NCBI GenBank assembly: GCA_028749255.1
Contig: JAQTYE010000001.1
Span: 1-47,440 of the forward strand
Length of the DNA stretch: 47,440 nucleotides
Reading direction: 5' to 3'
Origin: Paracoccaceae bacterium
GTDB taxonomy: Bacteria > Pseudomonadota > Alphaproteobacteria > Rhodobacterales > Rhodobacteraceae
The position numbers and the translations under genes were made by a program. Within the stretch, counting starts at the first letter, position 1, and each line of letters starts with the position of its first letter. A model generated the notes under the pieces. It worked only from the letters and a program-made list of their open reading frames with translations. It was not told the origin of the DNA and searched no databases. Below, piece by piece: positions 21,545 to 33,484 of this stretch.

Positions 21545-24500
21545 TCAGACCTCTTCGACCAGCGCGACGCCACGCAAAGACCGGATCGCGCCCTTGACCT
21601 GCGGGTTGACCGGGAAATCGCGCCCGGTGCCGACCTGATAGCGAAATCCGCGCTCCGGGTCGAAGACCATGAACGAAACCGGCCCGCGGGACCGCACCTT
21701 GCCCTCGGCTTGCACCCGCTCCAACAGACCCGCGATGGACGCGATGGCGTCGGGCGTCTCGACATGGATCATCAGCCCCGCCCCGCCCGCATCCGCCGTC
21801 ACCGAGTCAATCGGCTGCACGCCCTGCGCCAGCATCTTGACGGTCTCGCCCTCGACATCAACCTTGACGTTCAGCACAACCGCCATGCCCGGTTCCAGAT
21901 ACTGGCGGCAGGCCTCGAGCGTGTCGGAAAACACCGTCACCTCATAAGGCCCGGTCGAATCCGACAGCGACACAAAGGCAAAGCGGTTGCCCTTGGCCGA
22001 TTTGCGTTCGGACCGCGCCGCGACCGTGCCCGCGATCTTGCCAATGAACGGGCCGTCACGGCCCTTTTCGGTGATCTCGGCCAGCGTCATCACCTTCTTG
22101 CGGCGCAGCGCGGGGACGTAATCATCCAGCGGGTGGCCTGACAGATAGAAACCGATTGCCTTGTGTTCCTCGGCCAGACGTTCGGCGGGCAGCCAATCAT
22201 CCGTGTCGGCCATGCGCGGTGGCGGCAAGTCGTCGCCCGCATCGCCAAACAGCGACACCTGCGCCGAAGATTTCGCCTCGGCCACCGCCGCCGACCAGGC
22301 CGCCAGCTGATCGAGGCTTTCGAACACGCGCTTGCGGTTCGGGTCCAGCAGATCGAACGCCCCCGCCCGCGCCAGCATTTCCAGCGGGCGCTTGCCAATC
22401 CGTTTCAGATCGCAGCGCCGTGCGAAATCGACCAGATCGCGGAACGGACGCTCACCGCCATCTTCGGTTTTCCGCGCCTCGACGATCAGTTTCATCGCCT
22501 CGACACCGACGTTTTTCAGCGCGCCCAGCGCATAGACCAACTGCTGATTGACCACATCGAAGGTCGCCAACGAACGGTTCACGCAGGGCGGCACCACCGT
22601 AATCCCCAAGCCCCGCCGAACCTCGGTCATATAGATCGAGAGCTTGTCGGTCAGATGAATATCGCAGTTCATCACCCCCGCCATGAATTCAACAGGGTGG
22701 TTAGCCTTCAGCCAGGCGGTTTGATAGCTGACGATCGCATAGGCTGCCGCGTGCGATTTGTTGAAGCCGTAGTTGGCGAATTTCTCTAGCAGGTCAAAGA
22801 CTTCGCCTGCCTTTTTTGTGTCGATCCCATGCGTGGCCTTGGCGCCTTCCTGAAATTTCGGCCGCTCCTTGGCCATTTCTTCGGCGATCTTTTTGCCCAT
22901 CGCGCGGCGCAACAGGTCGGCACCACCCAGACTGTAGCCGCCCATGACCTGCGCGATCTGCATCACCTGTTCCTGATAGACGATGATGCCCTGCGTTTCC
23001 TTCAGGATCGGGTCGATGGTCGGATGCAGGCTTTCCAGTGGCCGCAGCCCGTGCTTGACCTCGCAATAGGTCGGGATGTTTTCCATCGGGCCCGGACGAT
23101 ACAGCGCCACCAGCGCCACGATATCCTCGATGCAGGTCGGTTTCATCCGCCGCAGGGCGTCCATCATGCCGGTGGATTCCACCTGGAACACCGCCACCGT
23201 CTTGGCCGCCGCATAGAGTTCATAGGTCTTGGCGTCGTCGATCGGGATCAGGTTGATCTGGTTTTCGGCGCCCTCGGCAGGCTGATACAGTTCATTCCCC
23301 TGCGCATCGACATGCAGCGGGCGGTTCGATTTCTGAATCAAGTTGACCGCGTTCTGGATGACCGTCAGGGTTTTAAGTCCCAAAAAGTCAAATTTGACCA
23401 GACCGGCCTGTTCTACCCATTTCATGTTGAACTGCGTCGCGGGCATGTCCGAGCGCGGGTCTTGATACAGCGGCACCAAGGCATCCAGCGGCCGGTCGCC
23501 AATCACCACCCCCGCCGCGTGGGTCGAGGCATTGCGCAGCAGCCCCTCGACCTGCTGGGCATAATCCAGCAGCCGTTGCACCACCTCTTCGGCGCGCGCC
23601 GCCTCGCGCAGGCGCGGCTCGTCGGCCAGCGCCTTTTCGATGCTGACGGGTTTGACCCCTTCAACCGGGATCATCTTGGACAGGCGGTCCACCTGACCAT
23701 AGGACATCTGCAACACGCGACCGACATCGCGCACGGCCGCCTTCGACAAAAGTGCGCCGAAGGTGATGATTTGCCCCACCTTGTCGCGACCGTATTTGCC
23801 CTGCACATAGCGGATCACCTCTTCGCGGCGATCCATGCAAAAGTCGATGTCGAAGTCCGGCATCGACACCCGTTCCGGGTTCAAAAACCGTTCAAACAGA
23901 AGGCTGTAGCGCAGAGGGTCAAGGTCGGTAATGGTCAGCGCATAGGCCACAAGGCTACCTGCCCCCGAGCCCCGCCCCGGCCCGACCGGAATGTCGTGAT
24001 CCTTGCCCCATTTGATGAAGTCGGCCACGATCAGGAAGTAGCCCGGGAATCCCATCTGCTCGATGATGCCCAACTCGAAGCGCAGCCGCTCTTCATATTC
24101 CTCGACCGGGGCGGCATGCGGGATTACCGCCAACCGCGCGGCCAGCCCCTCCCAGGCCTGACGGCGCAGTTCCTCGACCTCGTCATCGGCGAATTTCGGC
24201 AAGATCGGCTTGCGCTTGTAGGCCGCGAAAGCACAGCGGCGGGCAATCTCGACGGTATTTTCCAGCGCCTCTGGCAGATCGGCGAACAGCGCCGCCATCT
24301 CGGCTTCGGATTTGAAATAGTGCTGCGGGGTCAACCGCCGCCGGGGTTCGATCTGGTCAACATAGGCGCCTTCAGAGATACAGATCAGCGCATCATGCGC
24401 CTCGTACATGTCGGCTTTTGGAAAGTAGACGTCATTGGTCGCGACAATCGGCAGCCCCAGATCGTAGGCCATTTCCAGAAACGGCCGCTCGGTCGTCCGC

Positions 24501-25063
24501 TCGGGTTCGGGCAGCCGACCGCCCTCGCCCGGATGGCGCTGTAGTTCGACATACAGCCGGTCCGGGTAGATCGCCGCCAGCCGCTCCAGCAGCAGTCGCG
24601 CGCGTCCCGCCTGCCCGGCTTGCACCATCCGCCCGACCGGACCATCCGCGCCGCCCGACAGACAGATCAGCCCATCGGAATGGGTCTGCAATTCATCAAC
24701 CGTCACCTGCGGCAGCTGCCCGCCCTTGTCGATATACAGGCAGGAACTGAGCTTCATCAGGTTTTCGTAGCCCGCCTCGTTCTGCGCCAGCAGCACAACG
24801 GGCGCAGGCATCCGCGGCTTTTCCCCCGGCGCGGCCGGATCATAGCAGACAGAAACCTGACAGCCGACAATTGGCTGCAACCCCGCTCCCTGCGCCAGCA
24901 CCGAAAATTCCAGCGCGCAAAACATCGCGTTGGTGTCGGTCACCGCAACGGCGGGCATATTGGCCGCATCGCACATCTTGATCAGCTTCTTCAGCGGCAC
25001 GGCGCCTTCCAGAAGCGAATATTCGGTGTGCACGCGCAGATGAATGAATCGGGGGCTGGTCAT
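21545..25063 (-). CDS. dnaE: DNA polymerase III alpha subunit
   Basis: [18 protein letters not shown] domain, [35 protein letters not shown]; start MTSPRF at 25063. Confidence 0.98.
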   Translation of the reverse strand: MTSPRFIHLRVHTEYSLLEGAVPLKKLIKMCDAANMPAVAVTDTNAMFCALEFSVLAQGAGLQPIVGCQVSVCYDPAAPGEKPRMPAPVVLLAQNEAGYENLMKLSSCLYIDKGGQLPQVTVDELQTHSDGLICLSGGADGPVGRMVQAGQAGRARLLLERLAAIYPDRLYVELQRHPGEGGRLPEPERTTERPFLEMAYDLGLPIVATNDVYFPKADMYEAHDALICISEGAYVDQIEPRRRLTPQHYFKSEAEMAALFADLPEALENTVEIARRCAFAAYKRKPILPKFADDEVEELRRQAWEGLAARLAVIPHAAPVEEYEERLRFELGIIEQMGFPGYFLIVADFIKWGKDHDIPVGPGRGSGAGSLVAYALTITDLDPLRYSLLFERFLNPERVSMPDFDIDFCMDRREEVIRYVQGKYGRDKVGQIITFGALLSKAAVRDVGRVLQMSYGQVDRLSKMIPVEGVKPVSIEKALADEPRLREAARAEEVVQRLLDYAQQVEGLLRNASTHAAGVVIGDRPLDALVPLYQDPRSDMPATQFNMKWVEQAGLVKFDFLGLKTLTVIQNAVNLIQKSNRPLHVDAQGNELYQPAEGAENQINLIPIDDAKTYELYAAAKTVAVFQVESTGMMDALRRMKPTCIEDIVALVALYRPGPMENIPTYCEVKHGLRPLESLHPTIDPILKETQGIIVYQEQVMQIAQVMGGYSLGGADLLRRAMGKKIAEEMAKERPKFQEGAKATHGIDTKKAGEVFDLLEKFANYGFNKSHAAAYAIVSYQTAWLKANHPVEFMAGVMNCDIHLTDKLSIYMTEVRRGLGITVVPPCVNRSLATFDVVNQQLVYALGALKNVGVEAMKLIVEARKTEDGGERPFRDLVDFARRCDLKRIGKRPLEMLARAGAFDLLDPNRKRVFESLDQLAAWSAAVAEAKSSAQVSLFGDAGDDLPPPRMADTDDWLPAERLAEEHKAIGFYLSGHPLDDYVPALRRKKVMTLAEITEKGRDGPFIGKIAGTVAARSERKSAKGNRFAFVSLSDSTGPYEVTVFSDTLEACRQYLEPGMAVVLNVKVDVEGETVKMLAQGVQPIDSVTADAGGAGLMIHVETPDAIASIAGLLERVQAEGKVRSRGPVSFMVFDPERGFRYQVGTGRDFPVNPQVKGAIRSLRGVALVEEV

Positions 25064-25276
25064 GGCGCCACGATAAGGGGGCGGACGCGCGCGCGAAAGG
25101 GCCGAAACGCGGGCAGGGCGCGCCCGATTTTTAAGCATCCGGTCAAATCCCGGGCGCCCGGCCCGGTCGAAAGGCTTGCCAAGCCGCCGCCCATCGGTTT
25201 TGCTGGCTCAAGGACCTCTCGCTCTACGCCGCATCGGGCGATGAGGTGTGGCATCGGTATCGCGGCGGATAAACGC

Positions 25277-26659
25277 ATGGACATCTCGTTTCTTCTGAAC
25301 GGAGAAACCCGCACTGTGTCGGTCACCGACCCGACGCAAAGCGTGCTGGACTGGTTGCGCGCCGAAGGGCTGCGCGGCACCAAAGAGGGCTGCAACGAAG
25401 GCGATTGCGGTGCCTGCACTGTGATGCTGAGCGATGCGCAGGGCAGCCGGGCGGTCAATGCCTGCATCCTGATGCTGCCGCACATCGCGGGCAAGGCGCT
25501 GCGCACGGTCGAGGGAATCGCCGCCCCCGACGGCACGCTGCACCCGGTGCAACAGGCGATGGTTGATCATCACGGCAGCCAATGCGGTTTCTGCACGCCC
25601 GGCTTCGTGGTCTCGATGGCCACGGCGCATCTGAACGGGCGGCGCGATCACGATGATCTGCTGGCGGGCAACCTGTGCCGCTGCACCGGCTATGCCCCGA
25701 TCATCCGTGCCGCCGAGGCCGCCGCAGAGATCCCCGTGCCCGACTGGATCAGCGCCGATGCGGGGCTTATCCCCGCGCTGACAGAGGCGCCGGACCCGGT
25801 CGCCCCGGCCTATCTGCCCGACAGTGCCGACGATTTGGCCGCTTGGTATCTGACCCATCCCGAGGCCACACTGATTGCCGGGGGCACCGATGTTGGGCTG
25901 TGGGTGACCAAGCAGCTGCGCACCCTGCCGCAGGTGGCATTTCTAAGCCATTGCAAAGACTTGACGGCGATTTCCGAGGACAGCGAAGGTTTTCGCATCG
26001 GCGCAGGCGTCACTATTGCGGCGTTGCGGGAGGCAATGACGGGCCCGCATCCGGCGCTGGCTGAACTGCTGCGCCGCTTTGCTTCGGAACAGGTGCGACA
26101 GGCCGCGACGATCGGCGGCAATATCGCCAATGGCTCGCCTATCGGCGATGCGCCGCCCGCGCTGATCGCGATGGGAGCCCGGCTGACCCTGCGCCGGGGG
26201 GATGCCCGACGCGACATCGCACTGGAGGATTTTTTCCTCGAGTATGGCAAACAAGACCGGGCGCCGGGCGAATTTGTCGAGGCTGTCTGGCTGCCGAAAT
26301 CGGCACCGGATCTTGCCTGCTACAAACTGTCGAAAAGGTTCGATCAAGATATTTCTGCTGTCTGCGGCTGCTTCAATATCCCCCGCAAAGGTTCGAAAAT
26401 TGAAACGGCACGGGTGGCCTTTGGCGGCATGGCAGGCACCCCGAAACGTGCCTCCGCCTTCGAAGCAGCCCTGAACGGTCAGCCTTTCAGCGAAGCAACC
26501 TTCACCGCCGCCCTGCCCGCTTTGGCGCAGGATTTTACCCCGCTCAGCGACATGCGCGCCTCGGCGGCCTATCGGCTGGAGGCGGCACAAAACATGGCGT
26601 TGCGCTATCTGCGCGAGGCCTCGGGTGAAGCGGTCTCGGTGCTGGAGGTCACGCCATGA
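25277..26659 (+). CDS. xdhA: Xanthine dehydrogenase small subunit (2Fe-2S plus FAD)
   Basis: [59 protein letters not shown]; start ATG 25277 (460 aa). Confidence 0.97.
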   Translation: MDISFLLNGETRTVSVTDPTQSVLDWLRAEGLRGTKEGCNEGDCGACTVMLSDAQGSRAVNACILMLPHIAGKALRTVEGIAAPDGTLHPVQQAMVDHHGSQCGFCTPGFVVSMATAHLNGRRDHDDLLAGNLCRCTGYAPIIRAAEAAAEIPVPDWISADAGLIPALTEAPDPVAPAYLPDSADDLAAWYLTHPEATLIAGGTDVGLWVTKQLRTLPQVAFLSHCKDLTAISEDSEGFRIGAGVTIAALREAMTGPHPALAELLRRFASEQVRQAATIGGNIANGSPIGDAPPALIAMGARLTLRRGDARRDIALEDFFLEYGKQDRAPGEFVEAVWLPKSAPDLACYKLSKRFDQDISAVCGCFNIPRKGSKIETARVAFGGMAGTPKRASAFEAALNGQPFSEATFTAALPALAQDFTPLSDMRASAAYRLEAAQNMALRYLREASGEAVSVLEVTP

Positions 26660-28947
26660 GCACTGGTCAATCGCTGCCCCACGATTCCGCCGCGCTACAT
26701 GTCACCGGACGCGCGCGCTACGTCGATGACATCCCGACACCTGCGAACACGCTGCATCTGGCCTTTGGTCTTTCGACCGAGGCGCATGCGACAATCACCG
26801 ATTGCGATATCAGCGCCGTGCGCGCAACGCCCGGCGTCATCACAGTGCTGACCGCCGCCGATCTGCCCGGCCATAACGACGCCTCCCCCACGCCGCTTTG
26901 GCACGAACCGTTTCTGGCCGAGGGCGAGGTGCATTACGTTGGCCAGCCGATTTTTCTGGTTGTCGCCACCAGCCATCGAACGGCACGGATCGCGGCGCGC
27001 AAGGGGCGCATCACCTACGCATCGAAGCCTGCGATTTTGACTTTGGATCAAGCTCTTGCAGCGGGCAGCCGGTTCGAGGGCGGGCCCGTCATCTGGTCTC
27101 GTGGCGATACCGAGGCCGCGCTGGCAGGCGCCACGCATCTGGTCGAAGGCACGCTCGAAATGGGCGGGCAGGAGCATTTTTATCTGGAAGGTCAGGCCGC
27201 CCTCGCCCTGCCCGGCGACGAGGGTGTGGTGATCCATGCCTCGACCCAGCACCCGAGCGAGATCCAGCACAAGGTCGCCGAGGCGCTGCATCTGGGCCTG
27301 CATGACGTGCGCGTCGAGATGCGGCGGATGGGCGGGGGGTTCGGGGGCAAGGAAAGCCAGGGAAACCACTTGGCTATCGCCTGCGCAGTGGCCGCGCAGG
27401 CCACCGGGCGCCCCTGCAAGATGCGCTATGACCGCGATGACGACATGGTCATCACCGGCAAGCGCCACGATTTCCGTATCCACTACCGAATTGGTGCCGA
27501 TGCAGAGGGGCGGATCTTGGGCGCGGACTTCGTGCAACTGGCGCGCTGCGGCTGGTCGATGGACCTGAGCCTGCCCGTCTGCGACCGCGCGATGCTGCAT
27601 GCCGACAACGCCTATTTCATTCCCGCACTGCGCGTCGAAAGCCACCGCCTGCGCACCAATACCCAAAGCAACACCGCCTATCGTGGCTTTGGCGGGCCGC
27701 AGGGCATGTTCGGGATCGAACGCGCGATGGAGCATCTGGCGCATCAGATCGGCTGCTCGCCCGAGGCGTTGCGGCAGAAAAATTTCTATGCCCCCCCCGG
27801 CGCGCCGACGGTTCAAGCCACACATTACGGGCAGGATGTCGAAGATTGCATCCTGGGCAACCTCGTGCCCGCCTTGCAGAAATCCAGCGACTTTGAGGCG
27901 CGTAAGGCCGAAATTGCGGCATGGAATAGCAATAATCGAACCTTGAAGCGCGGCATTGCACTCAGCCCCGTGAAATTCGGCATCTCGTTCACGCTGACCC
28001 ATCTGAACCAGGCCGGAGCCTTGGTGCATGTGTATCCCGACGGAACCGTGCAGCTGAACCATGGCGGCACCGAGATGGGGCAAGGTCTGCACCGCAAACT
28101 GTGCCAGGTGGCCGCGCGGGTCTTTGGCATCGACACCGACGCCGTGCGGATCACCGCGACCGACACCGGCAAGGTGCCCAATACCTCGGCCACGGCGGCC
28201 TCGTCAGGCGCGGATTTGAACGGCATGGCGGTGAAAGCGGCCTGTGACACGCTGCGGGTCCGGCTGGCGGAATTTGTCGCGACCCGCGAAGGATGCGCCC
28301 CGCAAGAGGTTGATTTTATAGATGGAATGGTGCGTGCAGGTGGGTCGCAATGGCGCTTTTGCGATGTGGTGAATAGCGCCTATATGGCGCGGATTTCGCT
28401 GTCATCGACCGGGTTCTACGCCACGCCGAAAATCAACTGGGATCGTGTCGCCGGGCGTGGGCGGCCGTTTTACTATTTCGCCTATGGCGCGGCGGTGACC
28501 GAGGTGGTGATCGACACACTAACCGGCGAAAACCGGATTCTGCGCACCGATATCTTGCATGATGCGGGTGCCAGCCTGAACCCGGCGCTGGATATCGGCC
28601 AGATCGAGGGCGCCTATGTGCAGGGCGTGGGCTGGCTGACCACCGAAGAGCTGGTCTGGGACGATGCGGGGCGGCTGCGCACGCATGCCCCCTCGACCTA
28701 TAAAATCCCGGCCTGTTCGGACCGCCCCCCCGTCTTCAACGTGGCACTGTGGGATGCGCCGAACCGCGAGGACACGATTTTCCGGTCGAAAGCAGTGGGC
28801 GAACCGCCCTTCATGCTGGGGATTTCGGCCTATCTGGCGCTGAGCCATGCCTGCGCCGCCTGCGGGCCGCACTGGCCTGATCTGCGCGCCCCGGCGACAG
28901 CCGAGACGGTTCTGGCCGCGGTCAAACGCGCGCGCGGTGCGGCATGA
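26656..28947 (+). CDS. xdhB: Xanthine dehydrogenase molybdopterin subunit
   Basis: [44 protein letters not shown]. Confidence 0.98.
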   Translation: MSTGQSLPHDSAALHVTGRARYVDDIPTPANTLHLAFGLSTEAHATITDCDISAVRATPGVITVLTAADLPGHNDASPTPLWHEPFLAEGEVHYVGQPIFLVVATSHRTARIAARKGRITYASKPAILTLDQALAAGSRFEGGPVIWSRGDTEAALAGATHLVEGTLEMGGQEHFYLEGQAALALPGDEGVVIHASTQHPSEIQHKVAEALHLGLHDVRVEMRRMGGGFGGKESQGNHLAIACAVAAQATGRPCKMRYDRDDDMVITGKRHDFRIHYRIGADAEGRILGADFVQLARCGWSMDLSLPVCDRAMLHADNAYFIPALRVESHRLRTNTQSNTAYRGFGGPQGMFGIERAMEHLAHQIGCSPEALRQKNFYAPPGAPTVQATHYGQDVEDCILGNLVPALQKSSDFEARKAEIAAWNSNNRTLKRGIALSPVKFGISFTLTHLNQAGALVHVYPDGTVQLNHGGTEMGQGLHRKLCQVAARVFGIDTDAVRITATDTGKVPNTSATAASSGADLNGMAVKAACDTLRVRLAEFVATREGCAPQEVDFIDGMVRAGGSQWRFCDVVNSAYMARISLSSTGFYATPKINWDRVAGRGRPFYYFAYGAAVTEVVIDTLTGENRILRTDILHDAGASLNPALDIGQIEGAYVQGVGWLTTEELVWDDAGRLRTHAPSTYKIPACSDRPPVFNVALWDAPNREDTIFRSKAVGEPPFMLGISAYLALSHACAACGPHWPDLRAPATAETVLAAVKRARGAA

Positions 28948-29882
28948 GCCTGGACCCGAAAAAACTGGCCGAAGCCGCCGCCCGGGGGCCGTTTGTGCGG
29001 GTTCTGGTGGCCGAGGTGCGCGGCTCTACCCCGCGTGAAGCGGGGGCCGAAATGCTGGGCTGGCCGGACCGGACCGAGGGCACCATCGGTGGCGGTCAGC
29101 TGGAGTTCGAGGCGATCGCCCGGGCGCGCAGTTGCCACACGCCACGGCTGGAACGGATCGCGCTGGGGCCTGCGATGGGACAGTGCTGCGGCGGCGCGGT
29201 GACACTGGCGTATGAACCCTTGGACACCTTTAAAATCGACGGAATATCAGGTGATTACCACATTCGCAGCGTTGGCGAGCCGGCAGAACCTTTGGCCCTG
29301 CGCCGCGCCCTTGCGCGGGCGCGCGACCGGGGCGAGGTGCCGCCGCTGTTGATCGGGGACTGGCTGATCGAACCGGTGGCCCCCCCTGCCCTGCCGCTCT
29401 GGATCTGGGGCGCGGGTCATGTCGGGCGCGCCTTGGTCAGCACGCTGGCGCCGCTGCCCGGGCTTGCGCTGTTCTGGGCCGACACCGGGGCAGAACGATT
29501 CCCCGAAATCCCGGCAGGCGTCACGCCACTGATCGCGGAAAACCCCGCCGATCTGGTCGCGCTGGCCCCCGCAAACGCGCATCACCTGATCCTGACCTAC
29601 AGCCACGTGCTGGATCTGGAGCTGTGCCATCGTCTGCTCGGCCACGGGTTTGGCGCCTGCGGGTTGATTGGGTCGGGCTCGAAATGGGGACGGTTTCGTT
29701 CTCGCCTGCGCGCGCTCGGCCATTCTGACGCCCAAATTTTGCGCATTGCCTGCCCGATAGGCGATCCGACGTTAGGCAAGCATCCGCAAGCCATTGCGAT
29801 TTCGGTCGCCGCCGCGCTACTCAAAGAAGCGAGCGCCACGCAAGCCGAAAAGGCCACTAACCAAGAGGGACGCGCCGGGTGA
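28944..29882 (+). CDS. xdhC: Xanthine dehydrogenase Moco chaperone
   Basis: GSTPREAGA, GTIGGGQLE, GQCCGG, GAGHVG, TYSHVLD, GLIGS, CPIG. Confidence 0.95.
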   Translation: MSLDPKKLAEAAARGPFVRVLVAEVRGSTPREAGAEMLGWPDRTEGTIGGGQLEFEAIARARSCHTPRLERIALGPAMGQCCGGAVTLAYEPLDTFKIDGISGDYHIRSVGEPAEPLALRRALARARDRGEVPPLLIGDWLIEPVAPPALPLWIWGAGHVGRALVSTLAPLPGLALFWADTGAERFPEIPAGVTPLIAENPADLVALAPANAHHLILTYSHVLDLELCHRLLGHGFGACGLIGSGSKWGRFRSRLRALGHSDAQILRIACPIGDPTLGKHPQAIAISVAAALLKEASATQAEKATNQEGRAG

Positions 29883-31414
29883 CGGGGAACATGCTGCTGG
29901 AAATCACGGGCCTGACCAAGGCCTATCCCGGGGTCGTGGCCAATGATGGCGTGGGCTTCAGCGTCGGCCCGGGCGAGGTGCATGCCCTGCTGGGCGAAAA
30001 CGGCGCCGGGAAATCGACGCTGGTCAAGATGATCTACGGGCTGGTCAAACCCGACAGCGGCACGATGCATCTGATGGGCGCGCCCTATACGCCGCCCGAA
30101 CCGCGGGCGGCGCGGGCCTCGGGCGTGGCGATGGTGTTTCAACATTTCTCGCTGTTCGAGGCGCTGAATGTTGCGGAAAACGTGGCGCTCGGGATGGAAA
30201 ACCCGCCGCCGATGGGGCAGCTCTCGGCGCGGATCCGCGAAATTTCGGCCGCCTACGGCCTGCCGTTGGACCCCGCGCGCCTGGTTGGCGATCTGTCGGC
30301 GGGCGAACGCCAGCGGGTCGAGATCATCCGCTGTCTGCTGCAGGATCCGAAACTGCTGATCATGGACGAACCGACCAGCGTCTTGACCCCGCAAGAGGTC
30401 GATATCCTGTTTCACACCCTGCGCAAGCTGTCCTCGGAAGGCACGGCAATTCTGTATATTTCCCATAAGCTTGAGGAAATTCGCAGCCTGTGCGACCGGG
30501 CCACGATCCTGCGGGGCGGCAAGGTGGTGGCCACCTGCACCCCGCGTGAAAAATCGGCCCGCGAACTGGCGGAAATGATGGTGGGCGGTGAATTCACCAC
30601 CACGGATCGGGCCGGTCGGGTACTGGGCACGACGATTTTCGAGGTCGCGGGACTTGATCTGACGCCGATGTCACAATTCGGTCCGGCGTTGAAACAGGTG
30701 TCGTTGTCACTGCGCGCGGGCGAGGTGCTGGGCATCGGTGGGGTTGCCGGCAACGGTCAGGAAGAGCTGCTGGCAACCTTGTCCGGCGAACGCGTCTCGG
30801 CCCCCGGAACCGTGCGGCTGCACGGTCAGGACATCTCGGGCCTTGGGCCGAATGACCGCCGCCGCCTTGGCCTGCAAGGTGCGCCCGAGGAACGGCTGGG
30901 CCATGCCGCCGTGCCGAACATGAGCCTGACCGACAACACGCTGCTGACCGGCACCGTGCGCCGTCCGCTGACCCGCAAGGGGTTTCTGGACATGACCGCC
31001 GCGAAACTGTTCGCAGAAGAGATCATCCGCGAATTCGACGTGCGCACGCCCGGTCCGCATGTTGCCGCGCGCGCGCTGTCGGGCGGCAATCTGCAGAAAT
31101 ACGTGATCGGCCGTGAGGTATTGCAATATCCCGAAGTGCTGATCGTGAACCAGCCGACCTGGGGCGTTGATGCGGCGGCGGCGGCATCAATCCGGCAAGC
31201 GTTGCTGGATCTGGCAGGCAAAGGTGCGGCCGTGATCGTGATTTCACAAGATCTGGACGAGTTGATGGAAATTGCCGACCAGTTCTGCGCGCTGAATGAA
31301 GGACGGCTCAGCCCGCCACGCCCGACCGAGGGGTTGAGCATCGACGAAATCGGGCTGATGCTGGGCGGCGCGCATGGCATGCAAGAGGCGGGCATGCAGG
31401 AGGTGGCGGTATGA
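29879..31414 (+). CDS. ABC transporter ATP-binding protein, double NBD (purine/nucleoside, CUT2-like)
   Basis: GENGAGKS, LSAGERQ, MDEPTS, LSGGNLQK, NQPTWGVD; alternative ATG start at 29891. Confidence 0.93.
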   Translation: MTGNMLLEITGLTKAYPGVVANDGVGFSVGPGEVHALLGENGAGKSTLVKMIYGLVKPDSGTMHLMGAPYTPPEPRAARASGVAMVFQHFSLFEALNVAENVALGMENPPPMGQLSARIREISAAYGLPLDPARLVGDLSAGERQRVEIIRCLLQDPKLLIMDEPTSVLTPQEVDILFHTLRKLSSEGTAILYISHKLEEIRSLCDRATILRGGKVVATCTPREKSARELAEMMVGGEFTTTDRAGRVLGTTIFEVAGLDLTPMSQFGPALKQVSLSLRAGEVLGIGGVAGNGQEELLATLSGERVSAPGTVRLHGQDISGLGPNDRRRLGLQGAPEERLGHAAVPNMSLTDNTLLTGTVRRPLTRKGFLDMTAAKLFAEEIIREFDVRTPGPHVAARALSGGNLQKYVIGREVLQYPEVLIVNQPTWGVDAAAAASIRQALLDLAGKGAAVIVISQDLDELMEIADQFCALNEGRLSPPRPTEGLSIDEIGLMLGGAHGMQEAGMQEVAV

Positions 31415-32490
31415 TTACCCTGATCAAACGACCGACACCTTCGAAAGGCTGGAGCTATGCGACGCCAATTGTTGCTGTTTTGGCAACGATGGTTGCGGGC
31501 GGGATGCTGTTTGCGGCGCTTGGCAAGAACCCGGTCGAGGCAATTCGCGTGATCTTCTGGGACCCTTTGTTCGGCGCCAATGCCGCCTATTTCCGCAGTC
31601 AGTTGCTGGTCAAGGCCGCGCCGCTGATCCTGATCGCGTCGGGGCTGGCGGTGGGCTTTCGGGCGGGCATCTGGAACATTGGTGCCGAGGGCCAGTATAT
31701 CATCGGCGCGATCTGTGGTGCGGCCGTGGCGCTCTCGGTCTATCCTGCTGAAAGTGCGTGGCTTTTCCCGGCGATGGTGATTGCGGGTGCCTTGGGTGGC
31801 TGGCTTTGGGGGATGATCCCGGCATTGCTGAAAACCCTGTTTGGCACCTCCGAGATTCTGGTGTCTTTGATGCTGGTCTATGTCGCGCAAAACCTGCTGG
31901 CCTATGTCGCCTTCGGGCCGCTGAAGAACCCGCAGGGCTATGGCTTCCCCGGCTCGCGCAACTTGCAGCAATACCCCTCGGCGCATAACCCGGAACTGTT
32001 CGCGGGCACCGGCGCGCATTGGGGGGTGATGGCCGCGATTGTTGCCGTAATCGCGCTGTATATCCTGATGCACCGCCATATCGCGGGCTTCCGCATCCGT
32101 GTCGCGGGCGAGGCGCCGCGCGCGGCGCGCTTTGCCGGTGTGGTGCCCGCCCGACTGGTGGTGTTCTGTCTGGGCCTGTCGGGCGCGCTGGCCGGTCTGG
32201 CCGGGCTGTTCGAGGTGTCAGGCCCCTCGGGCCAGATCACCGACAGTTTCAACGCAGGCTATGGCTTCACCGCGATCATTGTGGCCTTTCTGGGTCGGCT
32301 GCATCCGCTGGGCATCCTGCTGGCAGGGCTGTTGATGGGGCTGACCTATTTCGGCGGTGACATGGCGCAGCTGATGCTGCAACTGCCCGCCGCGGCGATT
32401 CAGGTGTTTCAGGGGATGTTGCTGTTTTTCCTCTTGGGTTTCGACGTGCTGACGAATTACCGTATCCGCATCGGGGGGGCGCGCGCATGA
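31411..32490 (+). CDS. ABC transporter permease (purine/nucleoside)
   Basis: WNIGAEGQ, EILVSLML, GYGFTAIIVAFLGRLHP. Confidence 0.92.
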   Translation: MITLIKRPTPSKGWSYATPIVAVLATMVAGGMLFAALGKNPVEAIRVIFWDPLFGANAAYFRSQLLVKAAPLILIASGLAVGFRAGIWNIGAEGQYIIGAICGAAVALSVYPAESAWLFPAMVIAGALGGWLWGMIPALLKTLFGTSEILVSLMLVYVAQNLLAYVAFGPLKNPQGYGFPGSRNLQQYPSAHNPELFAGTGAHWGVMAAIVAVIALYILMHRHIAGFRIRVAGEAPRAARFAGVVPARLVVFCLGLSGALAGLAGLFEVSGPSGQITDSFNAGYGFTAIIVAFLGRLHPLGILLAGLLMGLTYFGGDMAQLMLQLPAAAIQVFQGMLLFFLLGFDVLTNYRIRIGGARA

Positions 32491-33416
32491 TTGGCGGCAT
32501 CGACATTATTGTGCTGATCGCCACGCTGATGGCGGCTTCGACCCCGGTCCTGCTGGCTGCGACGGGCGAACTGGTGGCGGAAAAGTCAGGCGTGCTGAAC
32601 CTCGGCGTCGAGGGCATGATGATCATGGGCGCGGTCGGCGGCTTTGCCGTTGCAACCGCCACCGGCAGCCCGGTTCTGGGCTTTCTGGCGGGCGCCGTTG
32701 CGGGGGCATTGCTGGCCACGCTGTTTGCCATTCTAACGCAGATTTTCCTGTCCAATCAGGTGGCGACGGGGCTGGCACTGACGCTGTTCGGGCTGGGTCT
32801 GTCGGCGCTGATCGGCAAGGGCTATGAAGGGGTACGCCCGCCGCAGACCACCAAGCTGGATTTCGGCCCGCTCGGCGATATTCCGGTGCTGGGACCGGTG
32901 CTGTTTGGCCATGACTGGGTGGTCTATGCGTCGCTGGTGCTGGTGGGCGCGACCTGGGCCGTGCTGAAATTCACCCGCGCCGGGTTGATCTTGCGCGCGG
33001 TGGGCGAAAACCATGACGCAGCGCATGCGCTCGGCTATCGGGTGGTGGCGGTGCGCTTTGCCGCGCTGGCCTATGGCGGCGCGCTGGCGGGTCTGGGCGG
33101 CGCTTATCTCAGCCTTGTTCGGGTGCCGCAATGGACCGAGGGGATGACCGCAGGCGCGGGCTGGATCGCCCTGGCGATCGTGGTCTTCGCCAGCTGGAAG
33201 CCCGAACGCGTGCTGATCGGCGCCTATATGTTCAGCGGCATCACCGCGCTGCAATTGCAGCTTCAGGCCGCAGGCTATGCGATCCCGGTCCATCTGCTGT
33301 CGATGGCACCTTATCTGATCACGATCATCGTTCTGGTGGTCTTGTCCGCCCTTCACCGACACGGTGTGGCGGCGGCGCCCGCCGCACTTGGCCGGTCGTT
33401 TCACGCCTCGAACTGA
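32487..33416 (+). CDS. ABC transporter permease (purine/nucleoside)
   Basis: EKSGVLNLGVEGMM, RAVGEN, GAGWIALAIVVFASWKP. Confidence 0.92.
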   Translation: MIGGIDIIVLIATLMAASTPVLLAATGELVAEKSGVLNLGVEGMMIMGAVGGFAVATATGSPVLGFLAGAVAGALLATLFAILTQIFLSNQVATGLALTLFGLGLSALIGKGYEGVRPPQTTKLDFGPLGDIPVLGPVLFGHDWVVYASLVLVGATWAVLKFTRAGLILRAVGENHDAAHALGYRVVAVRFAALAYGGALAGLGGAYLSLVRVPQWTEGMTAGAGWIALAIVVFASWKPERVLIGAYMFSGITALQLQLQAAGYAIPVHLLSMAPYLITIIVLVVLSALHRHGVAAAPAALGRSFHASN

Positions 33417-33484
33417 GGCATTCAACGCGCCCCTTCGCGGGGGCCACATCCCGGGCCGATGGCCCGTAACCAACGGGAGTTCCC

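Noticed and set aside
23258-23329. Short insertion in DnaE ([24 protein letters not shown]) considered as an intein
   Set aside because: Only about 24 aa with no Cys/Ser...His-Asn splicing motifs; more likely a lineage-specific loop
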